Notes: generated by a model from the sequence alone, not told the origin. DNA of 64,000 nt from Nitrospirales bacterium (GCA_965213715.1 OZ243914.1:322964-386963), one strand, 5' to 3'. Numbered from the stretch's first letter, positions 1-13,084 are shown. Numbers and translations are program-made.

Positions 1-1888
1 CCAACGTGGCATGCACGCAGCAATAATCGAATTCAATCCCCTGCCCGATCCGATTCGGTCCGCCACCCAAAATCACGACTTTTTCCCGGTTCGTCGGGCG
101 CGCTTCGCACTCATGGCCGTACGTGGAATACAGATAGGGCGTGAAGGCTTCGAATTCGGCGGCGCAGGTATCGACCCTGGAATACGTCACCCTTTGATCA
201 GGCACCTGTGTCTTGCGAAACGTTCGTATGTCTGCGGTGGTTGTCGCGAGCAACTGGGCCAAGCGTTCGTCGGAGAACCCAAAACGTTTCGCGTCCTTGA
301 GAAGGTCTCGCGCACCAGGCTCCCGAAACAGGACCTCCGGCACGGTCTCACCTGCATGCTCCTGCCCATCCGCCCAAGCGTCCAGTGTTGCGATTTGGAC
401 TCGTCCTGCCTGGTCCTTGCACGCGCGCACGTGTTTCAGCAGCCGTTGTTCAAACAGGACGAGTTCCTCCATCTGATCCAAAAACCAAGGATCGATGTGC
501 GTGGCCGCAAAGATTTCGTCCTTGGAGATTTTGATTCGCAGGCCATCCGCGACGTGCCAGGGACGATCCGGATGGGCGACCTGCATGGCCGTCCGAACGT
601 GTTCCGACACAGACGGATCGAGTTCATCTCCCGGAAGGTAATGATCTAGACCATTGAGGGAGATCAGGCCGCAACGGTCGGTTTCCAGAGAGCGTATGGC
701 TTTTTGCAATGCTTCCTTGAACGTTCTTCCCAGGGCCATCGCCTCGCCCACGGATTTCATCTGGGTCGTGAGCGTGGGATTGGAACCATGGAATTTTTCA
801 AAGGCGAATCGCGGAACTTTGACGACAACGTAGTCGATGGTGGGTTCAAAAGAGGCTTGCGTCACCTTGGTAATGTCATTGGGAATTTCATCCAAGGTAT
901 ACCCGATTGCCAGTTTCGCCGCGATTTTCGCAATCGGAAAACCCGTAGCCTTGGAGGCCAAGGCCGAACTCCGGGACACGCGCGGATTCATTTCAATGAC
1001 GATCATTTCTCCGTTCGCCGGGTTAAGGGCGAATTGAATGTTCGACCCGCCGGTATCCACGCCGATTTCCTGGATAATGCGAATCGCGGCGTCCCGCATG
1101 CGTTGATATTCTTTATCCGTCAGGGTCATGGCCGGAGCCACCGTAATGCTGTCGCCGGTATGGATACCCATGGCGTCAAAATTTTCTATTGGGCAGACGA
1201 TGACGACGTTATCCTTCAGATCCCGCATGACCTCGAGTTCGTATTCTTTCCATCCGATCAACGAACGTTCGATCAATGCCTCCCCGACCGGACTACTCAA
1301 CAAGGCCCAATCAACGTACCGTTCGAATTCTTCACGATTATACGCAATGTTCCCGCCGCTTCCTCCCAACGTGAAGGAAGGACGCACAATGGCCGGAAAT
1401 CCGACGATTTCCAGAAAGCTTATGGCGTCTTCCCTGTTTCGAATCAACCGGCTCAGCGGCGTATCCACGCCGATATTGTGCATGGCCCGTTTGAACGCTT
1501 CTCGATCTTCAGCCTTGTTGATCGCTTCGTAATTGGCCCCGATGAGTTGCACGTTGTACTTTTCCAGCAGGCCCTGTTCGTGCAGGCGGATGGTCACATT
1601 CAACGCCGTTTGACCGCCCATGGTGGGCAGCAAGGCCTGGGGACGTTCCTGCTCAAGAATTCGCTCCACGACCTCGACCGTAATGGGTTCGATATAGGTT
1701 CGATCCGCCAGGTCGGGGTCGGTCATAATCGTGGCGGGATTACTGTTGATGAGCACCACTTCATACCCTTCCTGCTTCAAGGTCTTGCAGGCCTGGGTGC
1801 CGGAATAATCGAACTCACAGGCTTGGCCGATCACAATAGGCCCGGAGCCGATGAGGAGAATGCGCCGCAGGTCGGTACGTTTCGGCAT
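1..1888 (-). CDS. carB: carbamoyl-phosphate synthase large subunit (N-terminal ~629 codons; remainder lies beyond the window start)
   Basis: It is missing from the ORF track because it is open at the window edge. The reverse complement from the ATG at 1888-1886 reads [68 protein letters not shown]..., the canonical CarB ATP-grasp N-terminus. The + strand ORFs 11-649 and 704-1912 are antisense shadows of it. Confidence 0.93.
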   Translation of the reverse strand, partial: MPKRTDLRRILLIGSGPIVIGQACEFDYSGTQACKTLKQEGYEVVLINSNPATIMTDPDLADRTYIEPITVEVVERILEQERPQALLPTMGGQTALNVTIRLHEQGLLEKYNVQLIGANYEAINKAEDREAFKRAMHNIGVDTPLSRLIRNREDAISFLEIVGFPAIVRPSFTLGGSGGNIAYNREEFERYVDWALLSSPVGEALIERSLIGWKEYELEVMRDLKDNVVIVCPIENFDAMGIHTGDSITVAPAMTLTDKEYQRMRDAAIRIIQEIGVDTGGSNIQFALNPANGEMIVIEMNPRVSRSSALASKATGFPIAKIAAKLAIGYTLDEIPNDITKVTQASFEPTIDYVVVKVPRFAFEKFHGSNPTLTTQMKSVGEAMALGRTFKEALQKAIRSLETDRCGLISLNGLDHYLPGDELDPSVSEHVRTAMQVAHPDRPWHVADGLRIKISKDEIFAATHIDPWFLDQMEELVLFEQRLLKHVRACKDQAGRVQIATLDAWADGQEHAGETVPEVLFREPGARDLLKDAKRFGFSDERLAQLLATTTADIRTFRKTQVPDQRVTYSRVDTCAAEFEAFTPYLYSTYGHECEARPTNREKVVILGGGPNRIGQGIEFDYCCVHATL

Positions 1889-1894
1889 GGAATG

Positions 1895-2797
1895 TCAGTT
1901 CCGTGGAGGTGAAGTCTGCGCCGGAGCCTGCGGTTCGGGAGTGCTTGGGACAATGGCCGAGCCGCTATCATTTTCGGACGGTTGATAGAGTTTCATGGCT
2001 TCGGGAATCCAGGCCTCTAATTGTCGAATCCGCGTGACGTCCGAAGGGTGAGTCGAAAGAAATTCGGGAACGGCCGCATTGGAGCGGAAACAGAACTTTC
2101 CGATCATTTGCCTGGGGCATCCACTCATTCGCTCCCAGAAACCAATGGCTTCACGAGGGTCATATCCGGCCTTCGCCATGAGTTTCAGCCCAACGTAGTC
2201 AGCTTCCGATTCCTGTTTTCGATTGTGCGGGAGCGTCACGCCAACGCCATACGCACTCATGGCACCCATGGCAAGCTGGGGATTGACGGCACCACTGGCT
2301 GCCCCGGCAATCATGCCTATTTGTGCGATTTGATCGAGAATCCCACGACTCATACGTTCAGCGCCATGGCGCTGAAGGGCATGCGCAACTTCATGGGCCA
2401 TGACCGTGGCCAGCCCGTCTTCGCTTTGCGCATGTTTCAGAATGCCCGTAAAAATCGCCACTTTGCCTCCGGGCAAGGCAAAGGCATTGACCATTTGGTC
2501 GTCCTGGATGACCGCAAATTCCCAATGATATTCCGGTTTGTCGGCTGCCTCGGCAATGCGCCGGCCGACGCGGTTCACCAGTTCATTGATTTCGGGATTC
2601 GTACTGAGCCGGGCCTGTCGCAAGACGTCGCGAAACGCACTGACTCCCAGTGCGATTTCCTTTTCCTCCGAAAGAAAGATCACCTGGTCGCGCGCGGTCC
2701 CAGGCGCTTTGATGCAACCGGCCAACAACAGGAACCCGCAAAGGATGGCCATCGTCTGAAGCTGGGGTCTTGAAAAATGCATGACGACACGAGTCAT
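1895..2797 (-). CDS. M48-family zinc metallopeptidase, probable lipoprotein
   Basis: It has an HEVAHALQRH (HExxH) motif and a downstream ESEADYVGLKLMAKAGYDP motif typical of M48. The signal peptide carries an LLLAGC lipobox. The alternative start MHFSRPQ is at 2782. Confidence 0.85.
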   Translation of the reverse strand: MTRVVMHFSRPQLQTMAILCGFLLLAGCIKAPGTARDQVIFLSEEKEIALGVSAFRDVLRQARLSTNPEINELVNRVGRRIAEAADKPEYHWEFAVIQDDQMVNAFALPGGKVAIFTGILKHAQSEDGLATVMAHEVAHALQRHGAERMSRGILDQIAQIGMIAGAASGAVNPQLAMGAMSAYGVGVTLPHNRKQESEADYVGLKLMAKAGYDPREAIGFWERMSGCPRQMIGKFCFRSNAAVPEFLSTHPSDVTRIRQLEAWIPEAMKLYQPSENDSGSAIVPSTPEPQAPAQTSPPRN

Positions 2798-2817
2798 TCC
2801 GATTTATCCTGATCCGG

Positions 2818-3786
2818 CTACGGAAGCCAAAGGTACATAAACGCCGGTGTGCCGCCCGCTAGCAGCGACGAAACCGGAGCGAGTTTGGGAAACCCCCAAT
2901 CGGTCGGAGCCAGTCCCCCGGGTCCTTGGGCATAAATATTCGGGTGATAGCCGCCTGCCCGCCGGTACATGACAACCTGCGCATCTCCAATCCCGGCTTT
3001 CTCTTTGGCGAGTCCAATGGCGTCATCCACGTAGCCTATCATATCAACCAATCCAAGGTCTTGAGCCTGGACTGCCGAATAAATGCGACCATCCGCTAAC
3101 TGACGAATGGTTTCGGGCTTCAGATTCGGTCTTCCTTGTTCGATGACCCGAAGGAACCGGTCATAAAAATTATCGATCACGCTTTGAAAAATGGCTCGGT
3201 CCCGTTCGGTCATCGTGCGGAACGGTGACCCCATGTCTTTATGGGGTCCTGACGTCACGGCATTGGCCCGGACGCCTATTTTTTCCAGCAAGCCCGACGC
3301 ATTGAGCGTCAACATAATAACCCCGAGACTCCCCGTGACCGACGACGGATGTGCCACGACCTGATCGGCAGCCATCGCCACGTAATAGCCGCCTGAGGTG
3401 CCCAGGTCCATGATGGAGGCAATGACCGGGATTTCCCGGGTTTCTTTCAATGCCTGAATTTCATGATACACAATATCCGAGGCCGTGACCGTCCCTCCCG
3501 GCGTGTTGATCCGAAGCACAATCGCCTTGACGGCCTCGTCATCCTCCGCCTTCGCGAGTTCTTCCTTGAACCGTGCCGGCAGGCTAAGCCGGTCGAAAAA
3601 CCGGTCAAAAACGCCACTGGGTTTTGCAGACGTCAAAACCCCGGAAACCTCGACCAGCAGGATCTTGTCCCGTCCTTCTCCTGAAAGCACCACTTCCTCC
3701 AACGGGCTCGTCCGGGGGAACAGGGACGAGGTCATACACCCCGTCGCCGTCAGCAACAGGAAACCAAGAAGCAAAAATTTAGGCAT
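2818..3786 (-). CDS. sppA: signal peptide peptidase SppA (S49, 36K type)
   Basis: S49 motifs are present: [26 protein letters not shown] and SVTGSLGVI. There is an N-terminal signal or lipobox (LLLTATGC). Confidence 0.88.
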   Translation of the reverse strand: MPKFLLLGFLLLTATGCMTSSLFPRTSPLEEVVLSGEGRDKILLVEVSGVLTSAKPSGVFDRFFDRLSLPARFKEELAKAEDDEAVKAIVLRINTPGGTVTASDIVYHEIQALKETREIPVIASIMDLGTSGGYYVAMAADQVVAHPSSVTGSLGVIMLTLNASGLLEKIGVRANAVTSGPHKDMGSPFRTMTERDRAIFQSVIDNFYDRFLRVIEQGRPNLKPETIRQLADGRIYSAVQAQDLGLVDMIGYVDDAIGLAKEKAGIGDAQVVMYRRAGGYHPNIYAQGPGGLAPTDWGFPKLAPVSSLLAGGTPAFMYLWLP

Positions 3787-4957
3787 GGGCTTGCTCCATC
3801 ATGGTTCGAAATTGACTGAACAGGTATGAGGAATCGTGCGGACCCGGAGAAGCCTCCGGATGATACTGAACCGAGAGCACCGGCACTGTCGTTCCAACCA
3901 GACCTTCCAGGCATTGATCATTAAGACTCACGTGCGTCACCTTGAATGGCCCCCAACGTGTCTCCAGCAGGCCATTGAGGTCTTCGGGTGAAGACGGACG
4001 AACGGCATAGTTGTGATTCTGTGAGGTAATTTCGACTTTTCCGGACCGCAAATCCATCACCGGATGGTTGGCGCCGTGATGTCCGAATTTCAATTTGTAC
4101 GCGGAGAGTCCCAACGCCAGTCCCAACACCTGGTGGCCGAGACAGATTCCCATAATCGGTCGCCATCCGAGAAGAGCCTGGATATGGGGCACCGCATAGG
4201 ACACCCCCTCGGGGTCCCCTGGACCGTTGGACAGGAACACACCGTCCGGATTCAGGGTGCGAACCGTCTCTGCCGTGGTGGATGCGGGCACGACGGTGAC
4301 CGTACACCCTTCATCGACCAGCCGCCGTAAAATATTCTGTTTCACGCCAAAATCGTAGACCACAACGTGGAACCGTCTCGCCGGAGCCGGATCAACTTGT
4401 CCATTGGCATTCAACCGTTGGGGCCAAGCCCCGGTGCCTTCGTTCCAATGATACGCGGAACCGCAGGTCACGGCCCCTACCAAATCCTGTTCGGAAATGG
4501 AGGGCAGCGCGCCGGCTTTTGCAACAAGATCGCCGGGAGACCCGTTCACGCGGGCTCCATGGGAGATGATACCCGCCTGCGAACCATGAGTGCGCAAATG
4601 GCGCGTCAGAAACCGGGTGTCGATTCCTTCAATCCCCACGATTTGATGATGCACCAGATACTCGTGCAACGAACGTTCCGAGCGCCAATTACTGGGGCGA
4701 CGGGATGCTTCATTGACGATGAATCCTTCGGCCCACGTGCGATGGGATTCATGATCCTCCGGCGAAATACCGTAATTGCCGATATGCGGGCAGGTCATCA
4801 GCACCACCTGTCCCCTGTAGGACGGATCCGTGAGGATTTCCTGGTACCCGGTCATTGCGGTATTGAACACCACCTCACCGGATGTTTCACCTTCAAATCC
4901 CAGGGCCCGTCCTTCAAGAACGGTCCCGTCGGCTAATGCCAGAATCGCTTTTTTCAT
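3779..4957 (-). CDS. carA: carbamoyl-phosphate synthase small (glutaminase) subunit
   Basis: The N-terminus [50 protein letters not shown] is typical of CarA. The GATase catalytic motif GICLGHQ and [11 protein letters not shown] are present. Confidence 0.95.
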   Translation of the reverse strand: MKKAILALADGTVLEGRALGFEGETSGEVVFNTAMTGYQEILTDPSYRGQVVLMTCPHIGNYGISPEDHESHRTWAEGFIVNEASRRPSNWRSERSLHEYLVHHQIVGIEGIDTRFLTRHLRTHGSQAGIISHGARVNGSPGDLVAKAGALPSISEQDLVGAVTCGSAYHWNEGTGAWPQRLNANGQVDPAPARRFHVVVYDFGVKQNILRRLVDEGCTVTVVPASTTAETVRTLNPDGVFLSNGPGDPEGVSYAVPHIQALLGWRPIMGICLGHQVLGLALGLSAYKLKFGHHGANHPVMDLRSGKVEITSQNHNYAVRPSSPEDLNGLLETRWGPFKVTHVSLNDQCLEGLVGTTVPVLSVQYHPEASPGPHDSSYLFSQFRTMMEQAHA

Positions 4958-5490
4958 TCAACTCCTACCGCGTGTTGGTTTCGGAACCAATGCCGGAATT
5001 TGACCACGAGCAAACTGACAGCCAACCCGGCATTGATCAGGTGAAGGGCCCGCACGATCATGTGCATTCGGAAAAAAGCCTCAAGGGCTGTCTTTTTGGC
5101 CTCCGGCGAGTCCGCGTCAAACGCGATCTCCTGTAAGGCAACGGCCTTTGGTCCCAGGACCGCAACAATCACGACCGTGACGAACGTGAGGGCCATCAAC
5201 AGACCAACCTCGGACCGTTTCACCGGCGGGTTCTCTTGCGGCGCCTGCCGGTGTTGCCAATAACGAAAACTCGCCGTGCTGATCAACACCGCAACGACAC
5301 CCACGGTGACGGCATTATACCCGTCAAAAACGCGGCGCAAAAACCGGCCGCCCGTTTCCATCCCCAGGGTATTGAATACCGCGGGAATCACCATGGTCAG
5401 AAGCGCGGTCAGGCTTCCGATCCACATCATCAGCCCCAGCAATTCCAGCAGGGAACAGGAAAGCGGCCAACCTGGAGTGCGTCGGACCAT
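4954..5490 (-). CDS. small multi-pass membrane protein, DUF4149/TMEM205-like
   Basis: The 178-aa product has about four hydrophobic helices. Its start overlaps the carA stop (ATGA), so it is embedded in the pyr/car operon. The family name comes from memory of similar sequences. Confidence 0.6.
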   Translation of the reverse strand: MVRRTPGWPLSCSLLELLGLMMWIGSLTALLTMVIPAVFNTLGMETGGRFLRRVFDGYNAVTVGVVAVLISTASFRYWQHRQAPQENPPVKRSEVGLLMALTFVTVVIVAVLGPKAVALQEIAFDADSPEAKKTALEAFFRMHMIVRALHLINAGLAVSLLVVKFRHWFRNQHAVGVE

Positions 5491-5545
5491 TTATCGCTCC
5501 CGCCGGACGTGCCGGCCTGGATGAAACAGACCGTTCATGGTTTGC

Positions 5546-6877
5546 TTACGATGTTGCGTCCCGGTCATACACGACGGTCCCGCCGACGAAGGTCTTGACC
5601 ACCTTCCCCTTCATGGTCCAACCGGCAAACGGCGTATTGCGGCTCAGGGAATGCAGCCGGGCGGTCTCCACAACCCATGTCGCATTGAGATCGAGTAACG
5701 TCACGTCCGCTTCTACGCCCGGGACCAAGGTACCGTACGGCAGACCAAAGACCCGGGCCGGTTCCCGCGTCAACTTGGCGACGGCTTGTTCCAGCGTCAG
5801 GATCCCCTCTTCGACAAGATTCAAGGTGAGGGGGAAGGCCGTTTCCAACCCGATGATGCCGAACGGAGCCGCGTCGAATTCCAACTGTTTCTCCTGAACG
5901 GCATGCGGCGCATGATCGGTGGCTACGATATCGATGGTATGATCCTGCAACCCTTCCTTGACGGCCTGCACGTCCTCATCCGTCCGTAACGGGGGATTCA
6001 TTTTGGCGTTGGTGTCATAGGAACGAACAGCTTCATCCGTGAGCGAAAAATGATGCGGGCAGGCTTCGGCCGTAACGGGAATTCCCCGTGCCTTGGCTTC
6101 TCGCGCCATCCGGACCGAACCCAACGTACTGACGTGCGGCAAATGCAGCCGTGCACCGGTCAATTCGGCCAAGGCGATATTCCGGGCAACCATGACTTCT
6201 TCCGCGGCTTTCGGGATTCCGGGAATACCCAATTCGGTCGACACCGCGCCTTCATGCATACTGCCTCCACGGGAGAGCTGCGAGTCTTCACAATGATCGA
6301 TAACCGGAAGATGAAACGCCGAGGCATATTCCATGGCTCGACGCATGACCAAGCTGTTCATGACCGGAACACCGTCGTCGGAAACGGCTACGCAGCCGGC
6401 ATCGACCAGTTCCCCGATCTCCGCGAGTTCCTCGCCTTTCGAGCCCTTGGTAATCGCGCCGATGGGAAAGACCCTGGCTTTCCCGGCAGCCGCAGCCTGG
6501 GCAAGGATGAATTTCGTGGTCGACCGGGAATCGTTGACCGGGTGAGTGTTGGGCATGCAACACACCGAGGTGAAGCCGCCGGCCACGGCCGCGGCGCTGC
6601 CCGTGGCAATGGTTTCCTTATATTCGAATCCCGGTTCCCGAAAATGGACGTGCAAATCCACAAAACCCGGACACACGAGCAGCCCGTTCGCGTCGATCAC
6701 CGTCAGCGCGTTGACCTTCTGAAGTTTGGGTTGCAGGTTCGGTTCCACCGCACTGATTTTTCCCCCTTCGATCAACACGTCGGCCACGCCGTTCCATTGA
6801 CCGGGATCAACCACGTGCCCGCCGGTGATCAGGATTTTCGTGTCATTCGCCATAGAACGCTCCTCGATAGAAGCCAC
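5546..6877 (-). CDS. pyrC: dihydroorotase
   Basis: It has the metal-binding motif DLHVHFREPG and the segments GGFTSVCCMPNT and ATDHAPH. It lies between pyrB and carA. Confidence 0.93.
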   Translation of the reverse strand: MASIEERSMANDTKILITGGHVVDPGQWNGVADVLIEGGKISAVEPNLQPKLQKVNALTVIDANGLLVCPGFVDLHVHFREPGFEYKETIATGSAAAVAGGFTSVCCMPNTHPVNDSRSTTKFILAQAAAAGKARVFPIGAITKGSKGEELAEIGELVDAGCVAVSDDGVPVMNSLVMRRAMEYASAFHLPVIDHCEDSQLSRGGSMHEGAVSTELGIPGIPKAAEEVMVARNIALAELTGARLHLPHVSTLGSVRMAREAKARGIPVTAEACPHHFSLTDEAVRSYDTNAKMNPPLRTDEDVQAVKEGLQDHTIDIVATDHAPHAVQEKQLEFDAAPFGIIGLETAFPLTLNLVEEGILTLEQAVAKLTREPARVFGLPYGTLVPGVEADVTLLDLNATWVVETARLHSLSRNTPFAGWTMKGKVVKTFVGGTVVYDRDATS

Positions 6878-6879
6878 GC

Positions 6880-8503
<1,624 letters not shown>

Positions 8504-8532
8504 ATCCTAAAAGGTCCGCAGGGTTTAGTCAA
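8504..8532 (-). promoter_or_regulatory. sigma-70-type promoter of the pyr operon
   Basis: The minus strand reads TTGACT (8532-8527), a 17-nt spacer, then TAGGAT (8509-8504), in the intergenic space after the upstream gene's stop at 8554. Confidence 0.5.
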
Positions 8533-8553
8533 GATTTTCTTACCGGGGCGGAC

Positions 8554-10326
8554 TCATGCTTTTTGAAAGCCCCAAACGAACAGGTGAGGATGCAGCCTCG
8601 CCTGGGGCAGAATGGACTGGTGCATGCGAAACGGTTGCAAATGTGCAACAAGGTCTCCGAACACGATTTCCAACGGAAGACCGGCTATGATGGAAGACAG
8701 GGAATCCGGTCCGGCGACAAATGCCAAGGCAGTGGGCCGGAGGGCCTCGCTGATCCGGCACAAACGGTCTTGTAGCGTTGCGTCGTCGTCATACAAGGAA
8801 AACGGCAACCACATGTATGCGAGGTCGTACAGTGACGGACGATAATGGAACGCTTCTTCGCGCAAGAAACGATAGGATTTTTGCCGGTCCAGCCGATTGC
8901 TCCCGGCCAATTGATTCCATGCCGACTGGGCGTGCTTTTGGGCATACGCTCCTCGTGAATAGACGATTGTCGCGGACTGGGGCCGGTCAAAAGCCAGGAA
9001 CGACCCGATGACCCCGTCGAACCCATGAACGAGAACATGGCCGGCCTGCCGGACTTGGACGGCCAGGCGTTGATCCTGCTCGACAACGTCGGCCAAAAAA
9101 TCAGCCACAAACGGTTGGCTTGCAAGGTCCCCGATGGGCGTCTCATCTTCAGGATAAAGCAGCACGGCCGAGTAGGCTTCCCGGGGCGACGTCGCAGGAA
9201 CGTCACCAGTAAAAAACCCTTCCCAGGAAGTTGCCTCGTTCACAACGGCCTGATCGCCTGCCTGGCCTTCCACTGGGCGTGAAATTCCCCAAGCTGGTTG
9301 TAACGCAATCTTGTGTGCGGTCCTGTGGTCGTTCAACTGTAAATGTCCCGAAGTCAGGGTCAACCGTTTCCCACAGGGTACGAACCCTTGTTGATTCGGG
9401 GGGACAAACGGAAGACCGCTGGCGTCATCGGTTTTCGTCACCTTGAGCACGTTGCCCTGTTTGACCGTCAAACATATCCGGTGATGCGGGTCCACGTACC
9501 GCACGGGCGGATGCGGATGCGGCAACCAATCGACCTCTTGCGACCGGGGTGGATCCATGAAGACCGTAAAAGGATTTTCCCCACCCCGGTGCATGGGCGT
9601 AAAAAAATTGCCGAACAACCCGAAAGCCGCTGCCGACGGGTAGGTCGGGATGCCCCGGTATTGTAACGGCCGGGAATGATGGGGGTTTTGATCGTCGTAC
9701 AGCCCGCGGATCAATTCAAACGCGGCACTTCCCGTTCCCGGAAGCAATGACTTGAACAATTCCACCACCGGCAAGTAATCAATGGCATCCCAATGCATCG
9801 CACTCATGCAGGACATGAACTGCGCCCGGTCCCAGGTTCCGTCCTCCAACACGTAGAACGCATCCTTCCGTTGACGAATCGTGGCATGACCGGTTTGATC
9901 GAGTACGAGATCATCGTTCGTATAAAAGAATTCCACTTCGTTGATCGTCACGCCCATGGCCTGTGAAGCCATCATACGAAGGTCGTGCCGGGTGAGCGTT
10001 TGCCAATTGGGGCGACTCCTCAGGTCCAGCTTCATGGCATTCACCAGCCCGGCGGGTTTGAGCCCCACCCATTGCCCCCAGTCCAAATAGAGCCGGGCCG
10101 ACACCAGATACACCGTACCATCATCATGTTTGCCCCATTCACATTCATGCAGCGGGTGACCGTCGGGGTCGGTCATCAGGATTCGCCGTCCCAACGGACC
10201 ATAGACCACGACGTGGCCGGTCGTGAGTTGTGTATGCGTCACACGGTCCCATGCCTCACTTGCAATAAGGGCCTGATTGCCTTTCAGCAAGAAGCTCTGC
10301 GAATTTTGAAGAATGGACGAAAACAT
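8554..10326 (-). CDS. 590-aa conserved-looking hypothetical protein with no recognisable domain
   Basis: It is a long uninterrupted ORF with normal composition. I saw no P-loop, signal peptide or known catalytic motif. The C-terminal third (HVLVHGFDGVIGSF...YDLAYMWLPF...LRPTALAFVAGP) has a vague Rossmann/methyltransferase-like pattern. Confidence 0.7.
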   Translation of the reverse strand: MFSSILQNSQSFLLKGNQALIASEAWDRVTHTQLTTGHVVVYGPLGRRILMTDPDGHPLHECEWGKHDDGTVYLVSARLYLDWGQWVGLKPAGLVNAMKLDLRSRPNWQTLTRHDLRMMASQAMGVTINEVEFFYTNDDLVLDQTGHATIRQRKDAFYVLEDGTWDRAQFMSCMSAMHWDAIDYLPVVELFKSLLPGTGSAAFELIRGLYDDQNPHHSRPLQYRGIPTYPSAAAFGLFGNFFTPMHRGGENPFTVFMDPPRSQEVDWLPHPHPPVRYVDPHHRICLTVKQGNVLKVTKTDDASGLPFVPPNQQGFVPCGKRLTLTSGHLQLNDHRTAHKIALQPAWGISRPVEGQAGDQAVVNEATSWEGFFTGDVPATSPREAYSAVLLYPEDETPIGDLASQPFVADFLADVVEQDQRLAVQVRQAGHVLVHGFDGVIGSFLAFDRPQSATIVYSRGAYAQKHAQSAWNQLAGSNRLDRQKSYRFLREEAFHYRPSLYDLAYMWLPFSLYDDDATLQDRLCRISEALRPTALAFVAGPDSLSSIIAGLPLEIVFGDLVAHLQPFRMHQSILPQARLHPHLFVWGFQKA

Positions 10327-10537
10327 TGAAAAACAGCTCTTTATGTATTGCCGGACACGTTGACAAGAGCAGGGAAAGTCATGTTCCCATCATAGCGAAG
10401 CCGGCAACGGAAAGCGATGCCTTCCGCATTCGTCTTCAAAAACCCTGTTTATTGATTGACAAGATTGTCAAATGGAAATCCTGGGCTACCCACGGGCTGA
10501 CATCCGGTCTCGTTTTTGAGACACGAAAAAGGTATCA

Positions 10538-13084
10538 TTGAACAACATCCAATATTCGTTGAGAGAGTCCATGTTCTTGAGAACAAACAGCAGGAACCGG
10601 CCGGTTCATCAGAATCTATATGCCTTAGAGCCCGCCTGTCGTTCGGGGCGTGCGCTGTGGCGGATGCAAATTGCAGGTTTGTGTCTTCTTATCAGCCTGT
10701 TTCTTTCATCATGTGGTGGTGGTGGCGGAGGCGGCCTTGGCCTTGAGCCCCGTTCGACTCCACCATCCAATCAGACTCCACCGTCACCTGATCCACCGCC
10801 GCCTGATCCACCACCGCCGTCCAACTGTATACAAACATCTGATTTGGGGTGCATTTCATCTTCGAAATACAACGAGGAATTCCAAAACATTGCGCAACGC
10901 TATCGCAATTCGACTGATTTTTCGAATCAATGGGGACTGAATGCCATTAATGCGGACGAAGCCTATGCCCATCTTGAACTTTTAAATGGATCAAACGTGG
11001 TGCCGGGCGAAGGCGTGACAGTCGGCTTTATTGATACAGGTATTGATCTAGCACATCCTTTGTTCGGAGGTTCGGCAAGAAGCATATCGGAAACCTTCCT
11101 TGACGGCGCAACCGATGAACGCGGCGGCGTTTCTTCTCACGGCACAGCCGTTGCCAGTGTTGTCGGAGCAGATCCGGCTCATCTCCAACCTGCTGACCGT
11201 GTGAATGGATTTCAAGGTATTGCTTGGGGTGCCAACTTGAAAATGTTCGCAATCCCGCTCGGGGATCCTGCGCCACGAAACCGCGTTTATGATCCAAGAT
11301 CGTCGAACAGCCTGAGCCAAAGTGATAGGGGCTATGCGGAAATGTTCAACACGGTCCTTGCACAGGATATGGATATCCTGAATTTGAGTTTTGCCACTTC
11401 AGGACTCATCGAAAACTACGATGCCCTATCTCTCAGGACCGGTCTTGGACAAACAATCACTGCGCTGGCGCAGGCAGGCGTTCAGGAGAAAACCATTCTT
11501 GTCTGGGCTGCCGGCAATGACAACGAGCGGGCTTGTACGCCGGGAAGTACCAATTGTGACGGGAACAATCGAACCGACATCAATGGAAATCCGGCAGGGT
11601 CTCTGAATGCAAGCTCAGTGGGAATATTCGCCGGATTGGTCGCGAGGATTACAGAATTGCAGGGACATTCCATTGCCGCGGTGGCCGTAGACGAAGGTGG
11701 CAATATTGCTGAGTTTTCCAACCGCTGTGGGGTTGCCAAAGATTGGTGTATGGCAGCCCCCGGTGTTCGCGTGAAGACCGCGTATTTTGGACCTAAGGAC
11801 GGCAACCCGGGTGAACGGGGATTTGGCACAAGCAGCGGTACGTCCCTGGCCGCACCGATGATCGCCGGCGGGCTTGCACTGATGAAGCAGCAGTTTCGCA
11901 ATCAACTCTCCAACACAGCCCTCGTTAGTCGCCTTTTTGCGACCGCCAACAAAGAAGGCAAGTACGCCAACTCGGCGATCTACGGTCAGGGCATGATGGA
12001 CCTCGGGGCCGCAACCGCGCCCCTGGGTCAACCCACGGTTTCCCTTGGCGCTAGGGTCGATGACACCGGCGTTGATCTCGGCATGACGAGTCTCGGGTTC
12101 GGCGGAGCACTGGGTGACGGCCTGGCGCGTTCGCTGGCGAATCAGGAAATCGTTGCGTTCGATCGCCTGGGGGCACCGTTCTGGTTCAAACTTTCGAGTT
12201 TCACCGGTGTTGCGGGAGGGCCGTCTTCCCTGATACGGCTTCACGAGTTGACGGCACGAAACACGGTGACGCAACGCACCGCCGGGGGGCTGACGACGTT
12301 CAGGCCTGATCGAGCCGGCGGTTCGGTCGAACAGGATCTGGGGTACGCGATATTGCGATTCGGCTTCAGGGAGCGGCCGGCCGGCGTCGACCGCGGACAT
12401 TTCGCCCTGGCCGATAACGCGGCGACACTGACGCTTACGGGAGAGAACGGCATCGCTGCCACGTTTTTTACCACGTCGGGTCTTGACCAAAGGTCATTGA
12501 GGTCGGGCGCCACGTTATCCTGGCAGCCTTTTCCCGTTCCCATTGGTTTCCGCGCAGGCTGGCTTGCCGAACAGGGAACGCTGTTGGGCACGACGGCAAC
12601 CGGAGCGTTCGGTCAACTGTCGGCTGATGCCCTCGTGACTGGTATTGAGACAACGTTCCATCTTGACAAGTGGCAATTTGCCGCTGCCGTTGAAATCGGC
12701 ACGACACACCCGCGGCTCCAGGATGGCCTCATTGACCACCTGTCTTCTCTGACCACCAGTGCATTTGCCTTCAATGCCACGCGCGGGTTGGAGGACGGCG
12801 GCATGGTCCAGCTTTCGCTTTCCCAGCCGCTACGGATAGAAGATGGATGGGCTGCTTTTTCCATTCCGGTCGGCCGTACCAAAACCGGCGAGGTCTTGCG
12901 CTCAGCGTTCGCGGCCGATTTCACGCCGTCCGGCCGGCAACTCGACGTTTCGGCAAGCTGGCAGCATCCGTTTACCGATGGGAATGAACTGCGTGTGAAT
13001 GCAACCTGGACCCATAATCCAGGTCACAACGTGTCTGCAAAACCGGCATGGGGATTACTGGCCGGCTGGCAATTTGAATTCTAG
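10538..13084 (+). CDS. subtilisin-like (S8) serine protease autotransporter, probable lipoprotein
   Basis: The S8 catalytic triad contexts are present: VGFIDTGIDLAHP (Asp), SSHGTAVASVVGA (His) and GTSSGTSLAAPMIAGG (Ser). The C-terminal ~280 aa form an amphipathic beta domain ending in WQFEF. The likely true start is MQIAGLCLLISLFLSSC at 10664 (lipobox LSSC), followed by a G7 run and a PPSPDPPPPDPPPP linker. Confidence 0.85.
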   Translation: MNNIQYSLRESMFLRTNSRNRPVHQNLYALEPACRSGRALWRMQIAGLCLLISLFLSSCGGGGGGGLGLEPRSTPPSNQTPPSPDPPPPDPPPPSNCIQTSDLGCISSSKYNEEFQNIAQRYRNSTDFSNQWGLNAINADEAYAHLELLNGSNVVPGEGVTVGFIDTGIDLAHPLFGGSARSISETFLDGATDERGGVSSHGTAVASVVGADPAHLQPADRVNGFQGIAWGANLKMFAIPLGDPAPRNRVYDPRSSNSLSQSDRGYAEMFNTVLAQDMDILNLSFATSGLIENYDALSLRTGLGQTITALAQAGVQEKTILVWAAGNDNERACTPGSTNCDGNNRTDINGNPAGSLNASSVGIFAGLVARITELQGHSIAAVAVDEGGNIAEFSNRCGVAKDWCMAAPGVRVKTAYFGPKDGNPGERGFGTSSGTSLAAPMIAGGLALMKQQFRNQLSNTALVSRLFATANKEGKYANSAIYGQGMMDLGAATAPLGQPTVSLGARVDDTGVDLGMTSLGFGGALGDGLARSLANQEIVAFDRLGAPFWFKLSSFTGVAGGPSSLIRLHELTARNTVTQRTAGGLTTFRPDRAGGSVEQDLGYAILRFGFRERPAGVDRGHFALADNAATLTLTGENGIAATFFTTSGLDQRSLRSGATLSWQPFPVPIGFRAGWLAEQGTLLGTTATGAFGQLSADALVTGIETTFHLDKWQFAAAVEIGTTHPRLQDGLIDHLSSLTTSAFAFNATRGLEDGGMVQLSLSQPLRIEDGWAAFSIPVGRTKTGEVLRSAFAADFTPSGRQLDVSASWQHPFTDGNELRVNATWTHNPGHNVSAKPAWGLLAGWQFEF

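Noticed and set aside
11-1912. The + strand ORFs 11-649 (212 aa) and 704-1912 (402 aa) were considered as genes.
   Set aside because: They are antisense shadows of carB. The minus strand gives a perfect CarB N-terminus. The + products are Arg/Gly-rich nonsense with no motifs.
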